Positions 16,955-26,209 of a DNA stretch of 64,000 nucleotides are shown one piece after another. The position numbers and the translations under genes were made by a program. The stretch is taken from positions 2,126-66,125 of the forward strand of contig DLKT01000045.1 of the NCBI GenBank assembly GCA_002477825.1, in the 5' to 3' direction. This stretch comes from Bacillales bacterium UBA7581 (GTDB lineage: Bacteria > Bacillota_I > Bacilli_A > RFN20 > CAG-826). Each line of letters starts with the position of its first letter. Position 1 is the first letter of the stretch. The notes under the pieces are model-generated. The model made no database searches, was not told the origin of the DNA, and saw nothing but the letters and a program-made list of their open reading frames with translations.

Positions 16955-18211
16955 TTATTTTTTCTCGACTGTTTTAAAATATAAAGCTTCCGTTGTGAAA
17001 TTAAATTTCATCAATTGATTCTTGGAATGAAGTGGGAAGACAAACCATGTATCTTGAAGTGTAGCGATATCTAAAGCATCTCCACGGCCTTTGAAATCAA
17101 ATTCAATATGCATAGATCTCGTTTCATAACAAGGTTTCTCTAAATGGAAGTGTGTTCCATCATCTAGCGTTCCATCAAAAATATAACCATGTTCATCATG
17201 TGTCATATGAATGATGCCTAGTTTTTTAAAGCCTACCTTAGCATTAACAAAGTGTTCAATACGCACATCATCTTCAAAGTGATAGCGACCTTCTTCCACT
17301 TCTTTAATGGCTTCTTCTCTTTCCCAACGATACCAATCGGAAACAAGTTTAAATCTTGTTTCGCCTTCTTTAGCGTGAAGTTCTCCATATTCATCTAAAT
17401 GCCAAGAAGCGTGGCAGTGATTACAGAATACATCGGTTCCAGTAGAATCCATTTCAAATTCAGTACCACAAGTTGGGCATTTATAAAGGATGCGGTGAAT
17501 ATTCTTTGCTCTTTGTTTAGAAGCAATGCGAATATGATTTTCATATTGCCAACGATATTCATCATATTCCATAGCGCTAAAGATACGTTTTTCTAATTCT
17601 TCTGCCGAAAGTTGTTCTACTTCTTCTTTAGAAGCAATTTGCGTAAAGTCACAAATGCAAGGAACTTTTCTTTTGGGAGATTTACACCATTGCGGCGAAC
17701 GTAAGAAGTTTCCTTTTTGATTTAACACAATAATGCGACATTTGCAGAATTTTGCCATTTTTCCTAAAGCACTTCCCATATCCTCTAAGATACCAGCAAA
17801 GGAAAAACGAGCTTCTGGGTAAATAACAAGAGAACGATGCATTTTATTTATAATTTGATTCATTCTTTTGAGCATGGATAAATCTAAAGTGAATTTTCTT
17901 TTTGGAAAACATCCCACATTACGCATTAACCATTCTCTACCGGCAAATTCTTCAATTGAGCTCACAAAAGTAGGTAAATGAGGATACATCGCCATTTCCA
18001 TATTGGCAAAATCAATTAAGCTTCCATGGTTAGAAAAAATTAAAGCGGGTTCTTTAAACGAAGTAAAACCATGCTTATAAATTTTAGTTCTCGTACCAAA
18101 AGTACCTGCCATACCATGCGAAATCATCCAAACAAGTGGTTTTAAATACCATCTTGGCATAATCGTTGGAGCGTTCATATCCATTGGTTGATTCTTTTTA
18201 CTCATTAACAA
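16955..18211 (-). CDS. PlsC-family lysophospholipid acyltransferase with C-terminal Zn-ribbon/beta domain
   Basis: H-x4-D acyltransferase motif (FSNHGSLIDF) and the EARFS block. The C-terminal half carries CPTCG...CNHCH. Confidence 0.65.
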   Translation of the reverse strand: MLMSKKNQPMDMNAPTIMPRWYLKPLVWMISHGMAGTFGTRTKIYKHGFTSFKEPALIFSNHGSLIDFANMEMAMYPHLPTFVSSIEEFAGREWLMRNVGCFPKRKFTLDLSMLKRMNQIINKMHRSLVIYPEARFSFAGILEDMGSALGKMAKFCKCRIIVLNQKGNFLRSPQWCKSPKRKVPCICDFTQIASKEEVEQLSAEELEKRIFSAMEYDEYRWQYENHIRIASKQRAKNIHRILYKCPTCGTEFEMDSTGTDVFCNHCHASWHLDEYGELHAKEGETRFKLVSDWYRWEREEAIKEVEEGRYHFEDDVRIEHFVNAKVGFKKLGIIHMTHDEHGYIFDGTLDDGTHFHLEKPCYETRSMHIEFDFKGRGDALDIATLQDTWFVFPLHSKNQLMKFNFTTEALYFKTVEKK

Positions 18212-18322
18212 CCCTCCCTATTAATCGCCCTAATCATAACAAAATTTCACTCTTTTGTTAATATTTATTTTTCTCCCTAAGCTTTTCATGCTACAATAAA
18301 GCCGTAAAAAAGGAGAAAATGA

Positions 18323-18871
18323 ATGAAAAATACAGCAATTTTAGTTGTCGATATGCTCAATGACTTTGTCACTGGTTCCTTAAAATGCGATCGTGGCTTA
18401 GCGATTGTTCCAACGACTGCACGTCTTTTAGACGAAGCAAGAAAAAATGGTATCCCGGTTATTTTCTGTAATGACGCTCATATCCGTGGAATTGATCACG
18501 AATTAAAATTATGGGGCGATCACGCTATTCAAGGTACCAAAGGAGCAGAAGTTATTCCTGAATTACATCTCTCGGAAAAAGATTATGTTGTTCCTAAAAG
18601 AAGATATAGTGGTTTCTTCCATACCGATTTAGACTTACTTTTAAAAGAATTAGGTATTGAAAATGTCATTATGACCGGTTTACATACCCATATGTGCGTT
18701 CGTCACACTTCCGCTGATGCGTATTGCTTAGGCTATAATGTTATCGTTTGTAAAGACGCTACGAACTCGTTCACGGAAGAAGATTATGTTTCTGGCCTTA
18801 AATATTTAAAAGATGTTTATGGCGCTCAGATTTATAGTGCGGATGAACTAATCAACATGTTTAAAGACTAA
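18323..18871 (+). CDS. pncA: Nicotinamidase / isochorismatase-family cysteine hydrolase
   Basis: 182 aa. Catalytic triad context is VVDMLNDF (Asp), VVPKRRYSGF (Lys) and GLHTHMCVRHT (Cys). The metal-site-like DAH...DH...H layout resembles B. subtilis PncA. Confidence 0.7.
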   Translation: MKNTAILVVDMLNDFVTGSLKCDRGLAIVPTTARLLDEARKNGIPVIFCNDAHIRGIDHELKLWGDHAIQGTKGAEVIPELHLSEKDYVVPKRRYSGFFHTDLDLLLKELGIENVIMTGLHTHMCVRHTSADAYCLGYNVIVCKDATNSFTEEDYVSGLKYLKDVYGAQIYSADELINMFKD

Positions 18872-18880
18872 AACAAAAAA

Positions 18881-18907
18881 AGACTTGGAATGAACCAGGT
18901 CTTTTTA
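18881..18907. terminator. Bidirectional terminator between convergent genes
   Basis: AGACTTGG-AATGAA-CCAGGTCT hairpin with an A-run before and a T-run after. Confidence 0.7.
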
Positions 18908-20002
18908 TTTATCATTATTTTTCTTCTCTTCATCTTCTTTTTCTTTTTGTTTTAATTTAGCAATCTCTTCTGGTGTTTGTTGCGTGATGATTTGCACTTT
19001 TTCTAATTCTTCAATTTCTTTTAATTGCGTTTCATAGAATTGACGAATTACGGTTTTTTGCTCTTCACTTACTCTTTCATCTTGATCTAGATTCTTTAAA
19101 GCGGCTTCATATAAAGGTTTGGCAAACATTTTATACAAAGGCATATAAAGAACAAATAGATAATCTTGACAGATGAGATATAAAGGAAGCATTGGCATTG
19201 AGAATAATAACGAGAAAAATAAGCCAAAGAGGAAACCATATAAAATGTTTCCTAATACAAAGTATCCCAATGCTGCTCCTAAAAAATAGCCCAAAGGAAA
19301 TAATAAATAATAGAGACCACAAACTTTACCAATCAATTGACGAGAAGTCTTTTTTGTTTTGGGATAAACTTGATTGAATAAGAAAATCGCATCTTTTTTC
19401 GAGCATGCCATATTGGATTGTAAATAGAAAATCGGTACCGACTTTAAAGTAAAATGAATGAAGAAGAATTCTCCTACTCCAAAGGAAACTAAACTAAATA
19501 TAGAATACATTTGAAGATAGGGTTGAGCCGCTGGCGTTTCATAATAATCCATGATCATTTTATATTGATTTTCAATAGAAGTTGCTTGTTGCAAGCTTTG
19601 AATAAATTCTTGATCGACTACATTCGTAAATATGGATGTTACTAAATAAACGACTAAAAATGTGCCAATATAGATTAAAATTGAATATAAGGTTGCCCGG
19701 ATTACACGGAATGAACCATGAAGTCCAGGAAGCAAAGTTAACTTATATCCTTTATAGAAATCTTTTAATGATAAAGGTTTGCCCGCTCTAGCTTGAGAAA
19801 GGTTAATAATCATTAAAGAAAGGATAGGAATAATCAAAATAGCGAACAAAATAATAACCGTTAAAGGCACAAAAATGTTTAAAACAAAGGCAAAAACAAT
19901 GGACATGACTAACGAAAATCCAGTAGCTAAAAAATATCCCCTATATTTATGGAATATATCAAATATTGAATTTTTAATTTCATTTGTTTCCATGCCACTC
20001 AC
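18905..20002 (-). CDS. Polytopic membrane protein of unknown function with Lys/Glu-rich C-terminal tail
   Basis: 365 aa with at least six hydrophobic segments. The cytoplasmic tail reads ...EELEKVQIITQQTPEEIAKLKQKEKEDEEKKNNDK. No motif I can name. Confidence 0.5.
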   Translation of the reverse strand: MSGMETNEIKNSIFDIFHKYRGYFLATGFSLVMSIVFAFVLNIFVPLTVIILFAILIIPILSLMIINLSQARAGKPLSLKDFYKGYKLTLLPGLHGSFRVIRATLYSILIYIGTFLVVYLVTSIFTNVVDQEFIQSLQQATSIENQYKMIMDYYETPAAQPYLQMYSIFSLVSFGVGEFFFIHFTLKSVPIFYLQSNMACSKKDAIFLFNQVYPKTKKTSRQLIGKVCGLYYLLFPLGYFLGAALGYFVLGNILYGFLFGLFFSLLFSMPMLPLYLICQDYLFVLYMPLYKMFAKPLYEAALKNLDQDERVSEEQKTVIRQFYETQLKEIEELEKVQIITQQTPEEIAKLKQKEKEDEEKKNNDK

Positions 20003-20098
20003 CTTCTATTTAGTATTCTATACTATTCTAGAAAAAAAACCAAATTAAATGTAAAAATAAATCAACAGTAAATCCTCTTTATGTAACTCTTTTTATAG

Positions 20099-20130
20099 AA
20101 AAAAAGACGTAAAGGATAACCCTTTACGCC
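20099..20130 (-). terminator. Intrinsic terminator after the LolA-like gene
   Basis: Minus strand reads GGCGTAAAGG-GTTAT-CCTTTACGTC followed by T7. Confidence 0.7.
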
Positions 20131-20152
20131 AATTGATGAATCGAAGAAGACT

Positions 20153-21160
20153 TTATTTCATTGTTACAACTTCCATACCCGCAGCGATTTCCACCATTTC
20201 CGCTACCGATAAGGTACTAGAATAGATTTGATAAGAAACACCATTATAGGCATAGGATAAATATTTTCCGTTCATATATCCAATGGTACCTAAAACATCG
20301 ACCATTGTGCCTTTAATTTCATCAATTCGCATTTCTGCATTTGGTTTCATAATGCTTTGAATCACGGTAAATGATTTGGTTCCTTCATACGTTAAAATAT
20401 GCGTTGTTTCGCCATTCACCATCGTCTCTGTTTCTTCTTTTAATACACAGGACACATCCGCTCCTGCGGGGTATAATGGTAAATCATCTTGGGTAGCCAT
20501 CGTGGAAGAAGAAAGATTTTTACGCGCTTCCTCCATATTTTTATCTACATCAAAATAGTTTTCTTCAAAGGTTGGTTCAAAATCCACTTTACTAAATGCA
20601 ATTTTCACTTCTGCTTGATTAGAAGCATCGTAGATATTCACCCAAAGTGGTTTTAAATCTTTACTTAACTTCACTTCTTCTTTTTCCCAATTTGGGGCAT
20701 TTTCATAGTTTGGTTTAAAGCTCAATAAATAGCCATCATCCATTTTCTTTAAATCATGTTTTTCTTTAAAGCCATCTAACATGGAATGATATAAATAGGG
20801 TTTTGGACTATTTAATGGCCATTCTCCTTTAAATTGATACACTTGATTTAAAGTTGGCGTTAACATAAAGACACCTTTATCATTTCTTAATAAGATTTGC
20901 TCTTGGTTCACACTTTTGTTGAGTAAACTTACGCGGAAATAATCTTGATTATCCTTTTTTTGGTAGTCCGTCGTTACATAATAATTACGAACGTCATCTC
21001 CCGCATTCATATCCATGGTGGCCTCCATATGATATGCGGTTAAGTTTTCACTTCGGTTTTCTAAAGACTTAGAAACATCGTCTTTGGTAAAGAAAATTTT
21101 CCATCCTGCAAGCGCAATGACTGCGACAATTAAAATACCAACAATTACCTTTTTTAACAT
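20153..21160 (-). CDS. Membrane-anchored LolA-like / DUF4367-type protein (YdcC-like)
   Basis: N-terminal anchor (VIVGILIVAVIALAGW). The pattern YHMEATMDM...YYVTTDYQKKDNQDYFRVSL...NDKGVFMLTPTLNQVY matches LolA-fold envelope proteins of Firmicutes. Confidence 0.55.
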   Translation of the reverse strand: MLKKVIVGILIVAVIALAGWKIFFTKDDVSKSLENRSENLTAYHMEATMDMNAGDDVRNYYVTTDYQKKDNQDYFRVSLLNKSVNQEQILLRNDKGVFMLTPTLNQVYQFKGEWPLNSPKPYLYHSMLDGFKEKHDLKKMDDGYLLSFKPNYENAPNWEKEEVKLSKDLKPLWVNIYDASNQAEVKIAFSKVDFEPTFEENYFDVDKNMEEARKNLSSSTMATQDDLPLYPAGADVSCVLKEETETMVNGETTHILTYEGTKSFTVIQSIMKPNAEMRIDEIKGTMVDVLGTIGYMNGKYLSYAYNGVSYQIYSSTLSVAEMVEIAAGMEVVTMK

Positions 21161-21267
21161 ACACTCACCTCACTTGCAATGTATGATAGTGAGTAAAAAA
21201 ATATGTATGCATAAATTTGATTTTTTTTGAACATACTACAAGTGAACAAACAAAGGAGGTTCGTTCT

Positions 21268-21513
21268 ATGAATATCATACAAAAAATAGCGCTTGTATTT
21301 ACTTTAATTGGCGCCTTAAACTGGGGTCTTGTTGGCCTATTCAATTTTAACTTAGTTACCGCTATATTCGGCACCAACTCCGTTATGACTACGATTGTTT
21401 ATGTCATTGTTGCCATTGCCGCTATTATCAACATTCTTTTATTCTTCATTCCTCTTGATTATAAAAGACATGATGATGAAATGGTTTATAGTAGTTCTTA
21501 CCATCACGAATAG
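21268..21513 (+). CDS. DUF378-family small membrane protein
   Basis: MNIIQKIALVFTLIGALNWGLVGLFNFNLVTAIFG is the hallmark DUF378 N-terminus. AAGGAGG RBS precedes ATG 21268; the track start 21217 is rejected. Confidence 0.75.
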   Translation: MNIIQKIALVFTLIGALNWGLVGLFNFNLVTAIFGTNSVMTTIVYVIVAIAAIINILLFFIPLDYKRHDDEMVYSSSYHHE

Positions 21514-21523
21514 AAAGAAAAAA

Positions 21524-21555
21524 AAGATATCACGCCGATGTGGTATCTTTTTTTA
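21524..21555. terminator. Bidirectional terminator
   Basis: 10-bp stem AAGATATCAC / GTGGTATCTT (one G-U), 6-nt loop, A-run before and T7 after. Confidence 0.7.
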
Positions 21556-22161
21556 TGAAATATTCAGTTGATTAATTTCTTCAACAACTTTTTCTATCGC
21601 CTTTTCTTCAAAAGGGGGTAATTCGCGACTTTCTAAATCTTGAATTAATTTAGCAAATTTGGAAGAAGAAACGATATAGCTTGTGTCGGAGCGTAAACCT
21701 ACACAAGAATACATACAATCATCATTTACTACTACGATATTGATCATCATATTGGCGTCAATGCCCGTTCTTAACGCTAATTTTTCTAAACGCGTTTGAT
21801 TGACACGGATGGGGTTTTTAATGCTTTGTCTTTTATCGGATTTTGGATAATAATAAATCCATGTGGCATCTCTTGCACTACCTAAAACGGCACCATCCCA
21901 TAATTTATCGGTAATACAATAAATGTATTTATTACCAAAAAGGATATGGTCAAAACGTATCGTTTGATCTTTTCCTATCTCAATGGTAACGTTTTGTAAT
22001 AAACAATAATCGAAATCACGGGCCAAACGATAAACCTTTTTTCCCATGTAGTTACGAAAACGATGATGGAAAATATATTTTTTGATCATCGGTAAACAAA
22101 AGAGGAAAATAGCAAGAAGAAAAACAAGGACGAATCCTATAATCGTTAGAATTCGAACCAT
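21553..22161 (-). CDS. Membrane-anchored NERD (nuclease-related) domain protein
   Basis: N-terminal TM, then LLQNVTIEIGKDQTIRFDHILFGNKYIYCITDKLWDG, which is the NERD core pattern. Starts 9 nt after the deoD stop. Confidence 0.6.
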   Translation of the reverse strand: MVRILTIIGFVLVFLLAIFLFCLPMIKKYIFHHRFRNYMGKKVYRLARDFDYCLLQNVTIEIGKDQTIRFDHILFGNKYIYCITDKLWDGAVLGSARDATWIYYYPKSDKRQSIKNPIRVNQTRLEKLALRTGIDANMMINIVVVNDDCMYSCVGLRSDTSYIVSSSKFAKLIQDLESRELPPFEEKAIEKVVEEINQLNIS

Positions 22162-22170
22162 AACGATAAA

Positions 22171-22872
22171 TTAAGCAAGCTCTAATGCGATTTCCATCAT
22201 CGCTTTAAAACCTGTTTGTCTTTCTTCGGCGGTTGCCTTTTCTTCTCTTAAGAAATGATCAGAAACTGTTAATAAACATAACGCTTTTTTATTTAATCGT
22301 GCGGCGGTAGCGTATAAAGCATAGGATTCCATTTCTACGCCTAAGCAACCAACAGCGGCCCATTTTTTCCAAGTATTAGGATCTTCATCATAGAAAATGT
22401 CAGCGGAAAAAATATTACCGACATGGACGGGGGTTTTCTTTTCGTTTGCGATTTCATACGCTCTACGAACTAAATCAAAATCCGCAATCGCACTATAAGT
22501 GCCATTGAGTTGGAATTGAGAAGCCCAATTACTATCCGTACAAGCGCCCATACAAACGATGACATCAAATAAGTTAATATCTTCTTTATAAGAGCCACAA
22601 GAGCCAATACGAATAATGGTTTCAACGCCATAATGGGTATAAAGTTCATGACTATAAATACCAATGGAAGGCATGCCCATGCCAGATGCCATGACGGATA
22701 CTTCTTTTCCGTGATAAGTTCCTGTATAACCTAAAACGTTACGAACACTTGTCACTAAACGGGCATTTTCTAAAAAATTCTCGGCAATGAATTTCGCGCG
22801 AAGTGGATCTCCGGGCATTAATACAACTTTAGCGAAATCGCCTGGTTTTGCTGCAATATGTGGTGTTGCCAT
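22171..22872 (-). CDS. deoD: Purine nucleoside phosphorylase, DeoD type
   Basis: MATPHIAAKPGDFAKVVLMPGDPLRAKFIAENFL...GMGMPSIGIYSHEL...VEMESYALY, the typical hexameric PNP sequence. Confidence 0.9.
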   Translation of the reverse strand: MATPHIAAKPGDFAKVVLMPGDPLRAKFIAENFLENARLVTSVRNVLGYTGTYHGKEVSVMASGMGMPSIGIYSHELYTHYGVETIIRIGSCGSYKEDINLFDVIVCMGACTDSNWASQFQLNGTYSAIADFDLVRRAYEIANEKKTPVHVGNIFSADIFYDEDPNTWKKWAAVGCLGVEMESYALYATAARLNKKALCLLTVSDHFLREEKATAEERQTGFKAMMEIALELA

Positions 22873-22975
22873 TTTATTTCCTCCTTATAACAACAATATG
22901 GTTAACATAAAAACACGAGACATACTCTCTTTTTATTAGTGTACCATATTTTTCTTTCTTTTTTATAGGAGTTTT

Positions 22976-24079
22976 CTATTTTTTATGCATGATTTGCGTT
23001 AAATGACTTCCTTGATAAATATGAACTCGATTTTTATTTTTTTCTTTCCGATATTCCGCTATATCAATTAATTGGGTAATTAACTCATAAAAAGACATTC
23101 CTTTGGATTCAAAAAGGTAATAAGCTAATGAGCCGGGAATGGAATTAATTTCATTAAGATAGAGTTTTTTTGATTTTGCATTATAAAGAAAGTCAAAGCG
23201 GACTACCCCTAAGCAATGTAAAGATTCAAAGGCCTTTTTTGCATATTTTTCAATTTCTTCTTTTAAGGAAGAAGAAACATTTGCAGGAATCTTTCGATAG
23301 GTCATTCCGCTAAATTCTTCATATTTATTTTCAAAAGATAACACTTCATCTTGGGCATTCACTTCTTCAATTTCAGAAACCCATATTTTTCTTTCGTCTC
23401 CTAAAATGGCAATATTAAATTCTTTGAGATGAGGAACAACTTTTTCAATCATGACTTCCTCTTCTAAATGAAATAAAGGAATGATGAAACGTTCTACATC
23501 TTCTATATTTTCACATTTATGAACACCAATAGAAGAGCCTAAATGGACAGGTTTTAAAATGAGAGGAAAAGAAAAATCTTCTAAAAAACTTGCTAAAGAA
23601 AAATCATCGGAAAAATATTCTTTTTTGGTAATTTTTCTTCCTTCCGCTACCGGGATTTCTTCTTTGAAAAGAAGTTCTTTCGTTAAATATTTATCTTGTA
23701 ATATGGCGGCATTTTCAATACCACCATAGCTCACTGGAATTTGTAACGTATCTAAAAATCCGCCCACTGTTCCGTCTTCCGCACCAAACCCATGGACGCA
23801 TAAAATGGCAGAACAAATTTCAAAATGATGCATTCCTTGCACGAAATAATTCTTTTTTCTTTTTCTAATAAAATATCCTTTTTTAAAGCCTTTTAAATGC
23901 TCATAGTTTTCCTTTTTAAATAAGCTTTTTCCCGTAAATAATTCACCTTTTCTAGAAATATAAATAGGAAGAAAAGGAAGATGCTTTTTCTTACATTCTT
24001 CCATGACTAAAAAAGCGGTGACGATGGATATGTCATGCTCGACACTATCGCCACCATAAACAATCGCTATTCTTTTCAT
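22976..24079 (-). CDS. ddl: D-alanine--D-alanine ligase
   Basis: MKRIAIVYGGDSVEHDISIVTA N-terminus, ATP-grasp core, ENKY (Lys-Tyr of the omega loop) and NEINSIPG. Confidence 0.9.
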   Translation of the reverse strand: MKRIAIVYGGDSVEHDISIVTAFLVMEECKKKHLPFLPIYISRKGELFTGKSLFKKENYEHLKGFKKGYFIRKRKKNYFVQGMHHFEICSAILCVHGFGAEDGTVGGFLDTLQIPVSYGGIENAAILQDKYLTKELLFKEEIPVAEGRKITKKEYFSDDFSLASFLEDFSFPLILKPVHLGSSIGVHKCENIEDVERFIIPLFHLEEEVMIEKVVPHLKEFNIAILGDERKIWVSEIEEVNAQDEVLSFENKYEEFSGMTYRKIPANVSSSLKEEIEKYAKKAFESLHCLGVVRFDFLYNAKSKKLYLNEINSIPGSLAYYLFESKGMSFYELITQLIDIAEYRKEKNKNRVHIYQGSHLTQIMHKK

Positions 24080-24091
24080 GAATGATCTCCT

Positions 24092-24706
24092 TTAATCGAA
24101 GATCGTTTGTTTCTCCTCAATAGCCTTCAAAAAACGTTCCATCGTATGTTGATACATTTTTCCTGATAAAGGCGGTAATTGGTCTAAAGGAAAAAATTTT
24201 ACATCCGTTGTTTCATGACAATGCTCAGAAAGAAAACGAACGACCTTTCCTTCAAATACAATGACGTATTCGCTCATTTTAGAACTAGAATAGGGGGATA
24301 AATCCATAATTCCCACTAAACGGGTGATGTCTACTTCCGCTCCTGCTTCTTGTAAACATTCTTTTTTAGCTCCCGTTTTAGGAGAATCATACAAATCTAA
24401 CCAGCCACCTGGTAAAGACCATAAGCCTGAATTTGCTTCTTTTACCATTAAAAGTTCATGTTTTTCATTAAATATAAAAGTCCGTACCGATAAATTAGGG
24501 GTCGGATAAATATTTCTTTCAAAATAAGAAGGTCTTTCAATTTTTACATCAAGAAAATTTTCGATTGCGTCTTTCGTTATATTTTGTATTTCTTCATAAT
24601 TTTCTAAAGCATAAGGATCTTTAGAAAAAATCAATCCTATTTTCGCAATGCTATGAATTTTCATTAAAATTTGTAAATAATCTTTTTCCATCATGATCAC
24701 CTTCAA
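24092..24706 (-). CDS. NUDIX hydrolase with N-terminal Nudix_N-type domain
   Basis: Slightly divergent Nudix box GGWLDLYDSPKTGAKKECLQEAGAEV. N-terminal helical domain (LQILMKIHSIAKIGLIFSKDPYALENYEEI). Confidence 0.7.
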   Translation of the reverse strand: MKVIMMEKDYLQILMKIHSIAKIGLIFSKDPYALENYEEIQNITKDAIENFLDVKIERPSYFERNIYPTPNLSVRTFIFNEKHELLMVKEANSGLWSLPGGWLDLYDSPKTGAKKECLQEAGAEVDITRLVGIMDLSPYSSSKMSEYVIVFEGKVVRFLSEHCHETTDVKFFPLDQLPPLSGKMYQHTMERFLKAIEEKQTIFD

Positions 24707-24718
24707 ATGTAGTATACT

Positions 24719-26209
24719 CTACTTTAAAAAAGTAGAAAAGGTATCATTTGCAATCAATAAAACGTCAACTTTTTCTTCCTTACATTTTTGATAACCTTCA
24801 ATAAAACAAGATACAAATTCAATACGATCTTTCGCTTCATTATTCTCTATATAGCCATCATAAAGCGGGTGTTTCTTTTCTTTAGAAACAATGAAAACTC
24901 GATCAAAATGAAGAAGATGACGACCTATATTTCGATTGACTTTTTCATAATCTTTACCTAATTCAATCACGCCAGGCGTGATAATGGCTTTCTTTCCTTT
25001 TTGTAATATCACCGTTTGAATGGCTTCTAAAATTCCTTCTTCATTTCCATTATAAGCATCATCAAAGATTGTCATTTGCCCTTCTTTTCGTTTTTTAAAG
25101 CGATGCTCTATTCCTTCTAAAGAAGGAAGAATTTGACGGATTTCTTTTTTGGATACGCCCAAATCCGTGGCAACTTGAATGGCACCACTGATATTAGAAA
25201 GTTGAAACATTCCATATAAAGGGATCATCATCCTTTCTTTCATATACTCCACTTCTAATCCATTCTCATGTCGATTAGCATAGGAAAAAGTATCTACATA
25301 ACTATACCCTTCTATAGAAGTTAAATCTTCTTCTTTCGCTTTTAAATACGAAGAATCTTTAGAAAAATAGCCTTTTTTTGCTTTAAAAAGCAATTTTCTT
25401 TTTTCTAGATAGATGTTTTCTAAAGAATGAAAAGTTTTGATATGCATCTTTCCTATCGCGGTTAAAACGCCAATATCAGGAACTATGATAGATAGCAAAC
25501 GATCCATTCCCTTTTTTTCATCTACCCCAAATTCTAAAATCATGATTTCGGTGTGTTCATCTAAATTTTCATTGATAAATTTTGTAATTCCCATCGGTGT
25601 GTTAATCGACTTCGGTGTCATGATGACTTGATATTTCATTTTTAAAAATTGATAAAGAAAATATTTGAAAGAACTTTTTCCATAACTTCCCGTAATCGCA
25701 ATCGTTATAAGATGAGGATTGTTTTTAATTTTTCTTTTCGCTTTTTTGATGTAATACTTTTGAATTCCTTTTTCATAAGGTAAAAGTAAAGTGGAACTGA
25801 TGAATAAATAAAAGGGAACTATAAAAGGAAGCGCACTAGCGAAAATAAGTTGGATAATAGCGGAAGAAAAACAAGTGATAACACCCCATAAAAAGATAGA
25901 AAAAAAGAAAAGTGTTAAGCTTCTTCTCGTCTTTTTTAAAGGCATAAAAGAAGAAGAAAATAAATAATAAATCAGCCACCCACATAAAAATAAGATGGTT
26001 ACATATTCACTTTTTAAAAAAAATAATAAAAAGAAAAGAAGCGGAAAAAAGAAAATATAAAAAGATTTTGTCATTCTTTTTTTATATTCTTGAAATAACG
26101 TCATAAAATAACGTTTTTTACTATAATATTGCGAAATAAAAAGTGCTTCATGACGAAGAAAATAGATAGAAAAAAGAAAAAGAGATATAAAAAAAAGGAT
26201 GATTTTCAT
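24719..26209 (-). CDS. MurF-like Mur ligase with an N-terminal five-TM membrane domain
   Basis: Residues 1 to about 150 form five hydrophobic helices. These are followed by Mur ligase central and C-terminal domain motifs: ITGSYGKSS, NTPMG, EFGVD, GMFQLSNISGA, EHRF, DDAYNGN. ATGA overlap with the upstream hydrolase stop. Confidence 0.7.
   Translation of the reverse strand: MKIILFFISLFLFSIYFLRHEALFISQYYSKKRYFMTLFQEYKKRMTKSFYIFFFPLLFFLLFFLKSEYVTILFLCGWLIYYLFSSSFMPLKKTRRSLTLFFFSIFLWGVITCFSSAIIQLIFASALPFIVPFYLFISSTLLLPYEKGIQKYYIKKAKRKIKNNPHLITIAITGSYGKSSFKYFLYQFLKMKYQVIMTPKSINTPMGITKFINENLDEHTEIMILEFGVDEKKGMDRLLSIIVPDIGVLTAIGKMHIKTFHSLENIYLEKRKLLFKAKKGYFSKDSSYLKAKEEDLTSIEGYSYVDTFSYANRHENGLEVEYMKERMMIPLYGMFQLSNISGAIQVATDLGVSKKEIRQILPSLEGIEHRFKKRKEGQMTIFDDAYNGNEEGILEAIQTVILQKGKKAIITPGVIELGKDYEKVNRNIGRHLLHFDRVFIVSKEKKHPLYDGYIENNEAKDRIEFVSCFIEGYQKCKEEKVDVLLIANDTFSTFLK

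Noticed and set aside
16651-16955. Genomic island integrated at tRNA-Gly
   Set aside because: There is no integrase, no direct repeat of the tRNA 3' end, and the flanking genes (acyltransferase, pncA) look like ordinary chromosomal genes.
22873-22975. Terminator between ddl and deoD
   Set aside because: Only a 4-bp GAGA/TCTC stem with a modest U-tract is present, too weak to call. ddl and deoD may or may not be co-transcribed.
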